Below, piece by piece: positions 20,354 to 29,182 of a stretch of DNA of 64,000 nt. The notes beneath the pieces are model-generated. The model ran no database searches. It saw only the letters and a list, made by a program, of their open reading frames with translations, and was not told the origin of the DNA. Both the position numbers and the translations under genes were made by a program. Positions within the stretch are counted from its first letter, which is position 1; every line of letters starts with the position of its first letter. Origin of the DNA: Candidatus Omnitrophota bacterium (GTDB taxonomy: Bacteria; Ratteibacteria; UBA8468; B48-G9; DTJG01); contig JAMWCC010000079.1 in assembly GCA_023818375.1 (NCBI GenBank), positions 2,021 to 66,020 on the forward strand. The letters are read 5' to 3'.

Positions 20354-20986
20354 ATGAGTTTATTACAGTTGACAATACGTGGTGGATGGTTGATGATTCC
20401 AATTATTATATGTGCTGCCCTTACGGTTGCGGTAATCATTGAAAGACTTATTGCTTTAAAAAAATCTGAAATAGACGCAGAAGACTTTATCCGAAAAATT
20501 GAAGAGAAACTCAAAAAAAGAAAAATAAGGGAAGCAATTGAAATATGCGAAGCAACTCCTGGCCCTGTATCAAGGCTTGTTTATAAAGCTCTCATAAAAT
20601 CAGATAGACCACCGGAAATAATAAGGGAAAATATTCAGGATGAGGCAAATCAACTCATTCCTTATCTTGAAAAATACCTTGGTGTTCTTGCAACGATTGC
20701 AACGATTGCACCACTTTTAGGTTTGCTTGGAACTGTTACAGGATTAATAAAAGCATTCATGATAATTGAAGCAAAGGGTGGGCTTGTTAACCCTTCTGAC
20801 CTTGCCCGTGGTATATGGGAAGCATTGATCACAACTGTTGCTGGACTTGTAGTAAGTATACCGGCATACCTTGGATACAATTATCTTGTCTCAAGAGTCA
20901 ACGGTTTAATAAGCGACATGGAAAGAGCAACATCACGAATGATGGATATTATTTTATTATTAAGGTCTGAGGAAGAAACCAAATGA
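20354..20986 (+). CDS. exbB: MotA/TolQ/ExbB proton channel
   Basis: 210 aa. Three TM helices; LGLLGTVTGLIKAF...LITTVAGL motif. Confidence 0.85.
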   Translation: MSLLQLTIRGGWLMIPIIICAALTVAVIIERLIALKKSEIDAEDFIRKIEEKLKKRKIREAIEICEATPGPVSRLVYKALIKSDRPPEIIRENIQDEANQLIPYLEKYLGVLATIATIAPLLGLLGTVTGLIKAFMIIEAKGGLVNPSDLARGIWEALITTVAGLVVSIPAYLGYNYLVSRVNGLISDMERATSRMMDIILLLRSEEETK

Positions 20987-21393
20987 AATTTCCAAGAAGA
21001 TACGAAATCTTCAAGGGTCAGATTAACATGGCGCCATTGATTGATGTGGTACTTCAGCAATTGATTTATTTTATGCTCACTTCGAGTTTTATAATGCAGC
21101 CAGGTATAAAAATAAATCTTCCAACCGCTATAACCACCGATACCATCGAAGAAAATGAAATTTTTATTAGCGTTTCAGCTGAGGGACTTATTTTCCTTGG
21201 TGAAAAACAAGTATCAATGCAAAAGCTTGAAGAATCTCTTAGAAAACTTGCACAGGAAAGACAAAATATCATTGTTGTAATTAAAGGAGATGTGCGTACA
21301 CCTCATGGTAAGATTGTTAATATAATGGATGTTGCAAGAAACTGCGGCATATCAAGAATCGCAATCGCAACCATGCCTGCATCAGAACGATGA
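20983..21393 (+). CDS. exbD: Biopolymer transport protein ExbD/TolR
   Basis: 136 aa. MAPLIDVVL...single TM helix; periplasmic domain IVVIKGDVRTPHGKIVNIMD. Confidence 0.85.
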   Translation: MKFPRRYEIFKGQINMAPLIDVVLQQLIYFMLTSSFIMQPGIKINLPTAITTDTIEENEIFISVSAEGLIFLGEKQVSMQKLEESLRKLAQERQNIIVVIKGDVRTPHGKIVNIMDVARNCGISRIAIATMPASER

Positions 21394-22097
21394 TGGAATC
21401 CAATAACAGAATTCTTTTGAGAATATTCATTGTATGTCTTTTAGGACATTTAATCATTCTTCCCCTTTTCAGCCTTGTTCTACCAGAAAAGATAAAAAAG
21501 CCTCATTATCAAATAGTTTATCTATATCAGGAACCAAAATCACCTATCGCAGATATTGTCGCGAAAAGAATTACTCCAGAACTTCCTTTAACCTCAATCA
21601 GAGAAAAACAAAGGATTGATATACCATTGAACGAGAGTGGGAGGCGCGAGAAAGATATAGCCATTGGGATTCAGAGAACTCCTTTATTGACTGTTGAAAA
21701 TTTGGAAAACATTGAGTTAACATTACCTCAACCCAGAATAACAATAACCAGTCTTAATCAAACCCCTGTTGCACCAGAAAAAGAACCCCAACACTATGGA
21801 ACTGTTTTAGGTGAAAGTTTTGAGATATCGGGACCTGGGGGAGCAAGACCCATAATATCAAAATTTATTCCTGATTATCCATTATGGGCAGAAAAACAAG
21901 GCATTGAAGCAAATATAAAGATTAAAATATGGATAAACAAAGAAGGGTTTGTTTCTTCAACTGAAATTGCTGAAACAAGTGGATACAGGAAGCTTGATTT
22001 ACTCGCTGAGCAGGCAATAAAAAAATGGCGGTTTGCAAGCATTGATAAAGATATTGATGTCTGGGCAATCGTTACATTCAAATTCCGACTGAAATGA
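21390..22097 (+). CDS. tonB: Energy transducer TonB
   Basis: 235 aa. N-terminal TM helix, Pro-rich middle, TonB C-terminal domain (YPLWAEKQGIEANIKIKIWINKEGFV). Confidence 0.75.
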   Translation: MMESNNRILLRIFIVCLLGHLIILPLFSLVLPEKIKKPHYQIVYLYQEPKSPIADIVAKRITPELPLTSIREKQRIDIPLNESGRREKDIAIGIQRTPLLTVENLENIELTLPQPRITITSLNQTPVAPEKEPQHYGTVLGESFEISGPGGARPIISKFIPDYPLWAEKQGIEANIKIKIWINKEGFVSSTEIAETSGYRKLDLLAEQAIKKWRFASIDKDIDVWAIVTFKFRLK

Positions 22098-22366
22098 TTA
22101 AAATAGAAATTACACTGGCAATCACCTGTTATCTTTTTTTAAGTCTTCTTATTCTTTTTTTGTGGGTTTATAAGGAAACAAAAAAGAAGACGGGTTTTCT
22201 TGTAAGAAAAGAAAACTTCCTGTGGGAATGTCCTCTGTGCTTCCATATCTATATTGATAGTTCTGGTTCTGAAATTTCAAAATGCCCGTTATGCGGTAGC
22301 CTTCACAAAAGAGAAGAAACAGGGTATAATGTTAGTGAAAATATTTCATCTAACAGGGAGGGATAG
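22094..22366 (+). CDS. Membrane-anchored zinc-ribbon protein
   Basis: 90 aa. TM helix, then CPLC...CPLC. Confidence 0.4.
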   Translation: MIKIEITLAITCYLFLSLLILFLWVYKETKKKTGFLVRKENFLWECPLCFHIYIDSSGSEISKCPLCGSLHKREETGYNVSENISSNREG

Positions 22367-22572
22367 TGATAATAGATATAGGGTTCACAGCAGGAGACAT
22401 CTGGAACTATCTTGATAAACATGGGGAAGTGTCTTTTCTGAAAATGGTAAAGGATATTGACAAACCAAAAGATCTTGCTCTTATGAGTCTTGGCTGGCTG
22501 GCAAGAGAAGGACATGTTGAAGTTACAAGATATGGCAGAAATGACTTCAAAGTTAAACTGCGAAATCGCTGA
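22366..22572 (+). CDS. Small hypothetical protein (possible winged-helix fold)
   Basis: 68 aa ORF; start codon overlaps the upstream stop. Confidence 0.35.
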   Translation: MIIDIGFTAGDIWNYLDKHGEVSFLKMVKDIDKPKDLALMSLGWLAREGHVEVTRYGRNDFKVKLRNR

Positions 22573-22651
22573 AACTATGATTTTTTGCAGATGCCTTTTT
22601 CAGATACAAAAAAGTTCTACATATAGGTAACGTTAACTATCCATTCTAACG

Positions 22652-22680
22652 TTGATAAAAATCACCAACCGTGCTAAAAT
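22652..22680 (+). promoter_or_regulatory. Sigma70-type promoter for tRNA-Gln
   Basis: TTGATA, 17 bp spacer, TAAAAT, ending about 10 nt before the tRNA. Preceded by two TAACGTT(A) palindromic boxes at 22628-22653. Confidence 0.5.
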
Positions 22681-22690
22681 TTATAAATAC

Positions 22691-22761
22691 TGGGGGATCG
22701 TCTAATGGTAGGACATCAGACTCTGGATCTGAGTGTCTAGGTTCAAATCCTAGTCCCCCAG
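22691..22761 (+). tRNA. tRNA-Gln (anticodon CTG)
   Basis: Folded by hand. Acceptor TGGGGGA/TCCCCCA with U1:A72 and G73, as in Gln identity. Anticodon arm TCAGA-CTCTGGA-TCTGA. T-loop TTCAAAT. No encoded CCA. Confidence 0.85.
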
Positions 22762-22958
22762 CTTAAAACTTCCTTTGAAAGGATTTGAATGGAGCGAAGT
22801 TAAGACAATGCGAGCAAGCGGAGCATTGTCAGCGGTGGTTGCCAATGCGATGAAGAAAGAACATTGTATGGCAAGCCCACCGAGAAGGTGAGGCGGGCTG
22901 GATCGATCTGAGTCGTATTGGGAGACGAAGCCGCCAAATCCTAGTCCCCCAGCTTAAA
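22744..22958 (+). repeat. 24-bp direct repeat of the tRNA-Gln 3-prime end (22744-22767 and 22935-22958) bracketing a GC-rich 167-bp insert; att-like duplication
   Basis: CAAATCCTAGTCCCCCAGCTTAAA is present twice, identical. The intervening sequence is markedly GC-richer than the flanks. Confidence 0.6.
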
Positions 22959-23090
22959 GGTATATTCCGGACACATCCTTAACATGTCTATAAAATTTTT
23001 CTAACCAGATTGAACAATTTTGAAAATAATTTTCACAAAATCAAAAAATGGTATAATCATTATGTAACCAGTTCCAACAAAGGGGGAAAA

Positions 23091-23759
23091 ATGGAAGCAA
23101 TAAATGAAAAAAAGGGCATGCCGCTTCTGGGTGATAAATTTCCTGAAATGACTGTTCAAACAACCCATGGAATAATGACGCTGCCAAAGGCTTTTGAAGG
23201 AAAATGGTTTGTACTGTTCAGCCATCCCGCTGATTTTACTCCAGTATGCACAACCGAGTTTGTTGCCTTTCAGAAAAGATATGACAAATTCAAAGCACTG
23301 AACTGCGATCTTGTTGGCCTCAGTGTTGACCAGGTCTTTTCACACATCAAATGGGAAGAGTGGATAAAAGATAATCTAAACGTTGAAATTGAATTTCCTA
23401 TTATTGCTGACACTGGTGCAGTTGCTGAAAGATTAGGTCTTATTCATCCTGGAAAGGGCACAAATACTGTAAGGGCAGTATTTGTGGTTGATGCAAAAGG
23501 AATAATTAGAATTATACTCTATTATCCTCAAGAACTTGGCAGAAACATGGATGAAATTTTAAGAGCCGTTGAAGCGATGCAAATATCAGATAAAAATGGT
23601 GTTGCAATGCCAGCAAACTGGCCTAACAACGAAATTATTGGAGATAGCGTAATAATCCCACCAGCAAAAGATGTAAAAACAGCCAGAGAACGACTTGAAA
23701 AAGCGAAAAAAGGTGAATTTAAGTGTTTTGACTGGTGGTTATGCTACAAAAAGATCTGA
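23091..23759 (+). CDS. 1-Cys peroxiredoxin (Prx6-like, AhpC/TSA family)
   Basis: [18 protein letters not shown] peroxidatic-Cys motif. Start moved to the ATG at 23091, which has an AGGGGGAAAA RBS. Confidence 0.9.
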   Translation: MEAINEKKGMPLLGDKFPEMTVQTTHGIMTLPKAFEGKWFVLFSHPADFTPVCTTEFVAFQKRYDKFKALNCDLVGLSVDQVFSHIKWEEWIKDNLNVEIEFPIIADTGAVAERLGLIHPGKGTNTVRAVFVVDAKGIIRIILYYPQELGRNMDEILRAVEAMQISDKNGVAMPANWPNNEIIGDSVIIPPAKDVKTARERLEKAKKGEFKCFDWWLCYKKI

Positions 23760-23819
23760 GTCGGAAAAATAATTCTAATCAGAGATAGAATTTTCCAAAT
23801 ATTGTACGAGATTAAAAAC

Positions 23820-23853
23820 TTGACAAATTTTTTTATTATGATATAAATATAAT
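23820..23853 (+). promoter_or_regulatory. Putative sigma70 promoter upstream of the ferredoxin-domain gene
   Basis: TTGACA, then about 16-17 bp, then TATAAA/ATAAAT. AAAGGAAAAG RBS before the ATG at 23883. Confidence 0.4.
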
Positions 23854-23882
23854 AGAATTTGTAGAACAAGAAAGGAAAAGAA

Positions 23883-24707
23883 ATGAAAAGAAAAATAATC
23901 GAGATCGATGAAGCAAAATGCACGGGTTGTGGTGAATGTGTTCCCGCCTGTCCTGAAGGAGCACTACAAGTTATAGATAGAAAAGCAAGATTAATAAGTG
24001 ATTTATTTTGCGACGGACTCGGTGCTTGTATTGGAAGCTGCCCTGTTGATGCAATCAAGATTATTGAAAGAGATGCAGAACCATATGATGAGAGGAAAAC
24101 AATGCAAAATATTATTAAGAGTGGGAAAAATACTGTAATCGCCCACCTGAAGCATCTTAAAGAACATGGAGAAACCCAATATTTAAAACAGGCACTTGAA
24201 ATTTTAAAAGAAAAACATATTGAAATCGACCCTTCTGAAATACTTGCATCTACCTGCTGTCCGGGAATGAAAATCATTGATGCAAAAGAAGAAAAGGAAC
24301 AAGTTGAAATTGATGTGAAAATTAAATCTCAACTTAAACAATGGCCCATACAGCTTCGCCTTGTAAATACTATGGCTCCATATTTTGAGAAGGCAGATTT
24401 ACTTTTTGCTGCCGATTGTACATCTTATGCCTATGGCAATTTCCATAATGATTTTATGAAAGGAAAAACAATAGTAATTGCCTGCCCTAAACTTGATTCA
24501 GAAACTGATGGATATGTAGAAAAAATAAGCCAGATAATCGCAAATAATGGCATAAATACAGCCACAGTTGTCATAATGGAAGTTCCATGTTGTAGTGGGC
24601 TTTTGCGAATAGTGGAAGAAGGAATTAGAAAGGCAGGGAAGAAAATTCCTTTAAAAAAAGTAGTAATAAGTTTAAAGGGGAAAATTTTAACAGAGGAATG
24701 GCTATGA
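23883..24707 (+). CDS. 4Fe-4S dicluster (ferredoxin) domain protein fused to a Cys-containing C-terminal domain of unknown function
   Basis: CTGCGECVPACP and CDGLGACIGSCP cluster motifs. C-terminal 190 aa with CCPG, ACPKLD and VPCCSG. Confidence 0.6.
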   Translation: MKRKIIEIDEAKCTGCGECVPACPEGALQVIDRKARLISDLFCDGLGACIGSCPVDAIKIIERDAEPYDERKTMQNIIKSGKNTVIAHLKHLKEHGETQYLKQALEILKEKHIEIDPSEILASTCCPGMKIIDAKEEKEQVEIDVKIKSQLKQWPIQLRLVNTMAPYFEKADLLFAADCTSYAYGNFHNDFMKGKTIVIACPKLDSETDGYVEKISQIIANNGINTATVVIMEVPCCSGLLRIVEEGIRKAGKKIPLKKVVISLKGKILTEEWL

Positions 24708-24916
24708 AATGCCCGGGAACAGATTCAAGATTTTTGAAGGTTGAAATTAAAAAGTGTTGTAAATGTGGGTACGAAGTTGAGATTTTTTCCGATGAATCTA
24801 AGGTTAAGTGTCCGGTTTGTAAAAACTATGTACGTAAAGAAATGGCGTCTTGCATAGATTGGTGCAGGTATGCAAAGCTATGCACGGACGGAAAAAACGA
24901 TGTTCAGGAATTCTAA
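24698..24916 (+). CDS. Cys-rich small protein (zinc-ribbon-like, 72 aa)
   Basis: CPG..CCKCG..CPVC plus further Cys residues. Confidence 0.4.
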   Translation: MAMKCPGTDSRFLKVEIKKCCKCGYEVEIFSDESKVKCPVCKNYVRKEMASCIDWCRYAKLCTDGKNDVQEF

Positions 24917-24983
24917 GGGTTTCAAATTATAGTGGCATAGAAAATGAGTTTAGGCTCCATAAATAAAAATAGGAGGTGAGTAA

Positions 24984-25124
24984 AATGAAAAGAATTATTT
25001 TACTAGTGATGTTGTTGACAGTGCTTGTGACTGCTATTTATTCTCATGCTCAATGCAAAAAGACTGATGCTGGTAAAGAAATTAAAACATGCTGTAATTG
25101 CTGCGTTGGCTGTTGTTCAGAATG
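24984..25124 (+). CDS. 46-aa signal-peptide-bearing Cys-rich peptide (TCCNCCVGCC) immediately upstream of the met/cys operon
   Basis: Strong RBS AGGAGGTGAGTAAAATG. Sec-like signal MKRIILLVMLLTVLVTAIYSHA. Seven Cys codons within the last nine sense codons. Confidence 0.45.
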
Positions 25125-25214
25125 AGATAATAGAAGCAATTCTAAGTTGTGGACAATGACCTAAAATTGAATCGCTGACGGGTTCATGGTTTTTGCATAA
25201 AAAGGAGTCTAAAG

Positions 25215-26507
25215 ATGAATAAAATAAAATCGAGTCTAAGGATTGAAAGCCTTGTTATTCACGGAGGACAGGAACCAGACCCTGTAACCGGCTCAAGGGC
25301 TGTACCGATATATCAGACTACTTCATATCAATTCAAGAATACAGAGCACGCAGCAAATTTATTCGCACTGAGAGAATTTGGCAATATTTACACAAGAATA
25401 ATGAACCCGACAACAGAGGTTCTTGAAAAAAGAATTGCTGCTATTGAAGGAGGTTTAGGCGCTCTTGCAGTTGCAAGCGGACAGGCGGCAATAACGCTTG
25501 CCATATGCAATATTGCTCAAGCAGAAGATGAAATTGTTTCAGCAGATAATCTTTATGGTGGAACTTATAACCTATTCCACTATACCTTTCCGAGGTTTGG
25601 AATCAACGTAAAGTTTTTCCCATCCCAGAATCTCAATACTCTAAAAAATTTAATTACACCAAGAACAAAAGCAGTGTATGCTGAATCCATAGGAAATCCA
25701 AAACTTGATGTTGCTGACCTCGAAGGAATTTCAGAAATTGCCCACAAAAATAAGATCCCTTTTATTCTTGATAATACTGTTTCGCCTTATCTTCTGCGTC
25801 CTTTTGACCACGGTGTTGATATCATTGTGTATTCAGCAACAAAATTTATTGGTGGTCATGGAACTTCTATAGGTGGACTCATCGTTGATTCAGGCAAATT
25901 TGATTGGTCTAATGGGAAATTTCCTCTGATTTCAAACCCAGACCCAAGTTATCACGGACTGAATTTTATAGAAGCGCTCAAACCCCTGGGAAATATTGCT
26001 TATATAGTCAAATCAAGGGTTAATCTTTTAAGGGATCTGGGCCCGGCGCTATCGCCATTTAATGCATTTCTTTTACTTCAAGGACTGGAGACACTTCATT
26101 TAAGGATGCCAAAGCATTCTGAAAATGCTCTGATTGTAGCAGAGTATCTAAAAAAACATCCCAAGGTTGCGTGGGTAAGATATCCGGGTCTTGATAGCAG
26201 TCCTGAAAAGAAAAAAGTAGAAAAGTATCTTAAAAAAGGTGCAGGCGCAATACTTGGTTTCGGCATCAAGGGAGGAATTGAAGCAGGTAAGAAGTTTATT
26301 GATTCTCTACAGCTCATATCGCATGTTGCGAATGTAGGAGATGTTAGAACGCTCGCAATACATCCGGCATCAACAACACACCAGCAGCTGTCTCTAGAGG
26401 AACAAGAATCAACTGGTGTAACACCTGATTTTATAAGATTATCAGTTGGACTTGAACATCCCGATGATATCATCTATGACATAAAACAGGCCCTCGAAAA
26501 TATATAA
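25215..26507 (+). CDS. metY: O-acetylhomoserine sulfhydrylase (MetY; Cys/Met PLP-dependent enzyme)
   Basis: 430 aa. PLP-Lys region [15 protein letters not shown]. Typical family length. Confidence 0.9.
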   Translation: MNKIKSSLRIESLVIHGGQEPDPVTGSRAVPIYQTTSYQFKNTEHAANLFALREFGNIYTRIMNPTTEVLEKRIAAIEGGLGALAVASGQAAITLAICNIAQAEDEIVSADNLYGGTYNLFHYTFPRFGINVKFFPSQNLNTLKNLITPRTKAVYAESIGNPKLDVADLEGISEIAHKNKIPFILDNTVSPYLLRPFDHGVDIIVYSATKFIGGHGTSIGGLIVDSGKFDWSNGKFPLISNPDPSYHGLNFIEALKPLGNIAYIVKSRVNLLRDLGPALSPFNAFLLLQGLETLHLRMPKHSENALIVAEYLKKHPKVAWVRYPGLDSSPEKKKVEKYLKKGAGAILGFGIKGGIEAGKKFIDSLQLISHVANVGDVRTLAIHPASTTHQQLSLEEQESTGVTPDFIRLSVGLEHPDDIIYDIKQALENI

Positions 26508-26529
26508 AATAAACCAATAAGGAGATGAA

Positions 26530-27459
26530 ATGAAGATTTATAATAATATAACCGAGACAATAGGAAATACACCACTGGTTAAACTAAACAGGATTACGGA
26601 AGGTATCAAGGCAACAGTTCTCGCAAAACTTGAATCGTTCAATCCACTTTCCAGTGTAAAGGATAGAATTGGTGTAGCCATGATTGAAGATTTGGAAAAA
26701 AAAGGTGTTCTAAAAAAAGATTCAGTAATAATTGAACCAACAAGCGGAAATACTGGCATTGCTCTCGCTTTTGTCGCCGCTGCCAAGGGATATAAACTCA
26801 TTCTGACAATGCCTGAAACAATGAGCATTGAAAGAAGGCAGCTACTTAAATTTTTTGGGGCTGAACTTGTTCTAACGCCCGGGAACGAAGGTATGAAAGG
26901 AGCCGTAGCAAAGGCAGAACAACTGCTAAAAGAAATTCCTGGAGCCGTTATGCCCCAGCAATTCAAAAATCCAGCCAACCCTGAAATTCACAGAAGGACG
27001 ACTGCAGAAGAAATATGGAATGACACTGATGGTAATGTTGATATACTTGTTAGCGGAGTAGGAACAGGGGGAACAATCACAGGGGTTGCTGAAGTAATAA
27101 AAAAAAGAAAAAAAGACTTCAAAGCTATTGCTGTTGAACCTGAAGCATCACCGGTACTGTCTGGAGGGGCTCCTGGAACTCACAAAATACAGGGAATAGG
27201 AGCAGGCTTTATCCCCGAAGTTCTTAATACAAAAATTATAGATGAAATCATTAGGGTAAAAGACGAAGATGCAGGAGAAACAGCAAGAAAATTAGCCAGA
27301 TTAGAAGGAATACTTGTAGGAATTTCAAGTGGTGCTGCATGCTGGGCAGCATTACAGCTGGCAAAAAGAAAAGAAAACAAAGGTAAAACGATAGTTGTAA
27401 TATTGCCTGATACTGGAGAAAGGTATCTTTCAACATGGCTATTCCAAGATACGATTTGA
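26530..27459 (+). CDS. cysK: Cysteine synthase (O-acetylserine sulfhydrylase)
   Basis: [14 protein letters not shown] motif and GTGGT nucleotide-type loop. 309 aa. Confidence 0.9.
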   Translation: MKIYNNITETIGNTPLVKLNRITEGIKATVLAKLESFNPLSSVKDRIGVAMIEDLEKKGVLKKDSVIIEPTSGNTGIALAFVAAAKGYKLILTMPETMSIERRQLLKFFGAELVLTPGNEGMKGAVAKAEQLLKEIPGAVMPQQFKNPANPEIHRRTTAEEIWNDTDGNVDILVSGVGTGGTITGVAEVIKKRKKDFKAIAVEPEASPVLSGGAPGTHKIQGIGAGFIPEVLNTKIIDEIIRVKDEDAGETARKLARLEGILVGISSGAACWAALQLAKRKENKGKTIVVILPDTGERYLSTWLFQDTI

Positions 27460-28586
27460 GGAAGCAAATGGAAGAGATTGTTGAGAAAAAATACTTCGTA
27501 TTTGCGCATCCACCCGACAGATTACAACTTGAACTGGGCGGACAAATAGGACCGGTTACAATTGCCTATGAAACCTATGGTAAACTCAATAAAAAAAAGA
27601 ATAACGCCATATTGATCCTTCATGCACTTTCAGGAGATGCCCATGCTGCTGGCTTTCATAAAGGTGAAAACAAACCCGGTTGGTGGAACGATATGATAGG
27701 TCCAAATAAAGCATTTGATACAACGCGATATTTTGTAATATGCTCTAACGTACTTGGTGGATGCAAGGGATCAACGGGTCCGTCTAGCATCAACCCCGAA
27801 ACCAAAAAAGCTTATGGATCTAGTTTCCCACTTATAACGATCAGGGACATGGTAAATTGTCAAAAACATTTGATCGACTACCTTGAAATAGAAAAACTTC
27901 TCTGTGTTGCTGGTGGGTCAATGGGTGGAATGCAAGTGCTTGCATGGATGACAGACTTCCCTGAAAAAATTAAAAGCGCAATACCGATATCTACTGCACT
28001 TCATCATTCAGCACAGCAGATCGCATTTAATGAAGTGGGGAGGGAAGCAATTATGGCAGATCCAAACTGGCGCAATGGAAATTACTATGGTTATAGTATA
28101 CCCTCAAGCGGACTTGCAATCGCAAGAATGATAGGACATATCACATACATGAGTGATATATCCATGACCAGGAAATTTGGGCGTATGAAATATAAAAATG
28201 GTTCCTCTAAATTTCACGCAGATTTTGAGGTTGAAAAATATCTGCACTACCGGGGGAATAGTTTTGTTAAGAGATTTGATGCTAATTCTTACCTTTATAT
28301 TACGAAAGCAATGGATATGTTTGACGCTCTTGAAACACAGGAAAAAGTAAACAGTTTGAAAAAGTTCAAGGGAGATGTTCTTGTCATCGCATTTAAATCT
28401 GACTGGCTTTATCCTCCATATCAGTCAAAAGAAATAGTAAAGGTATGTAAACAGGCAGGAATCAATGTATCTTATTGTGAAATTGAGTCTTCATATGGAC
28501 ACGATGCATTTCTTATAGAAGTTGAAGGTCAAACACTTCTGATTAAAAACTTTTTGAACAGAATTTATTCGGGTACTGAAAAATGA
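27435..28586 (+). CDS. metX: Homoserine O-acetyltransferase MetX
   Basis: Alpha/beta hydrolase with GGSMGGMQ nucleophile elbow; MetX-like N-terminus. Confidence 0.9.
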   Translation: MAIPRYDLRKQMEEIVEKKYFVFAHPPDRLQLELGGQIGPVTIAYETYGKLNKKKNNAILILHALSGDAHAAGFHKGENKPGWWNDMIGPNKAFDTTRYFVICSNVLGGCKGSTGPSSINPETKKAYGSSFPLITIRDMVNCQKHLIDYLEIEKLLCVAGGSMGGMQVLAWMTDFPEKIKSAIPISTALHHSAQQIAFNEVGREAIMADPNWRNGNYYGYSIPSSGLAIARMIGHITYMSDISMTRKFGRMKYKNGSSKFHADFEVEKYLHYRGNSFVKRFDANSYLYITKAMDMFDALETQEKVNSLKKFKGDVLVIAFKSDWLYPPYQSKEIVKVCKQAGINVSYCEIESSYGHDAFLIEVEGQTLLIKNFLNRIYSGTEK

Positions 28587-29182
28587 CAGATAATAAGGTA
28601 CGCATTGACTATAAAATAATATCGGCCCTGATTCCGGCTGGTTGTAGTGTTTTGGATCTTGGTTGTGGAGATGGAGAGTTACTGAGAATCCTTTCAGAAA
28701 AGAAATTTTGTAAGACACAAGGAATTGAAATTTCCGAAAAACTTGTTTATGTTTGCGTGGAAAAGGGACTTAGTGTAATCCACGGCGACATTGACAGTGG
28801 TTTATCTGAATATCAAACTGGTTCTTTTGATTATGTCATACTTAACCAGAGTTTACAGCAAGTTCTGCATTTTGAAAAGGTTTTTGATGAAGCATTGAGG
28901 GTTGGTAGAAATGTTATTATTGGAATACCGAATTTCGCTTACTGGCGAGGAAGGTTTCAGATCTTTTTTCTTGGAAAAACCCCTGTGACATCTACTCTTC
29001 CCTACTGTTGGTATGAAAGTCCAAATATCAGATGGCTCAGTATATCGGATTTTATAAATTTCTGCAACAGGAAAAATGCGATAATCGGTGCTGCCTTTTA
29101 TATCAATGGTGTCTATACTATAAAAATATTTCCAAATTTTTTCGCCAGTTCTGCAATTTTTCTTATTAAGGGTAAATCTTAA
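28583..29182 (+). CDS. metW: Methionine biosynthesis protein MetW
   Basis: SAM-MTase-like [12 protein letters not shown]; 199 aa; immediately downstream of metX, as is typical. Confidence 0.8.
   Translation: MTDNKVRIDYKIISALIPAGCSVLDLGCGDGELLRILSEKKFCKTQGIEISEKLVYVCVEKGLSVIHGDIDSGLSEYQTGSFDYVILNQSLQQVLHFEKVFDEALRVGRNVIIGIPNFAYWRGRFQIFFLGKTPVTSTLPYCWYESPNIRWLSISDFINFCNRKNAIIGAAFYINGVYTIKIFPNFFASSAIFLIKGKS

Noticed and set aside
22800-22886. 28-codon ORF (MRASGALSAVVANAMKKEHCMASPPRR) inside the GC-rich insert after tRNA-Gln
   Set aside because: It is short and has no RBS. The region is better explained as a structured RNA or an integration remnant. It stays under the att-like finding rather than being called a gene.
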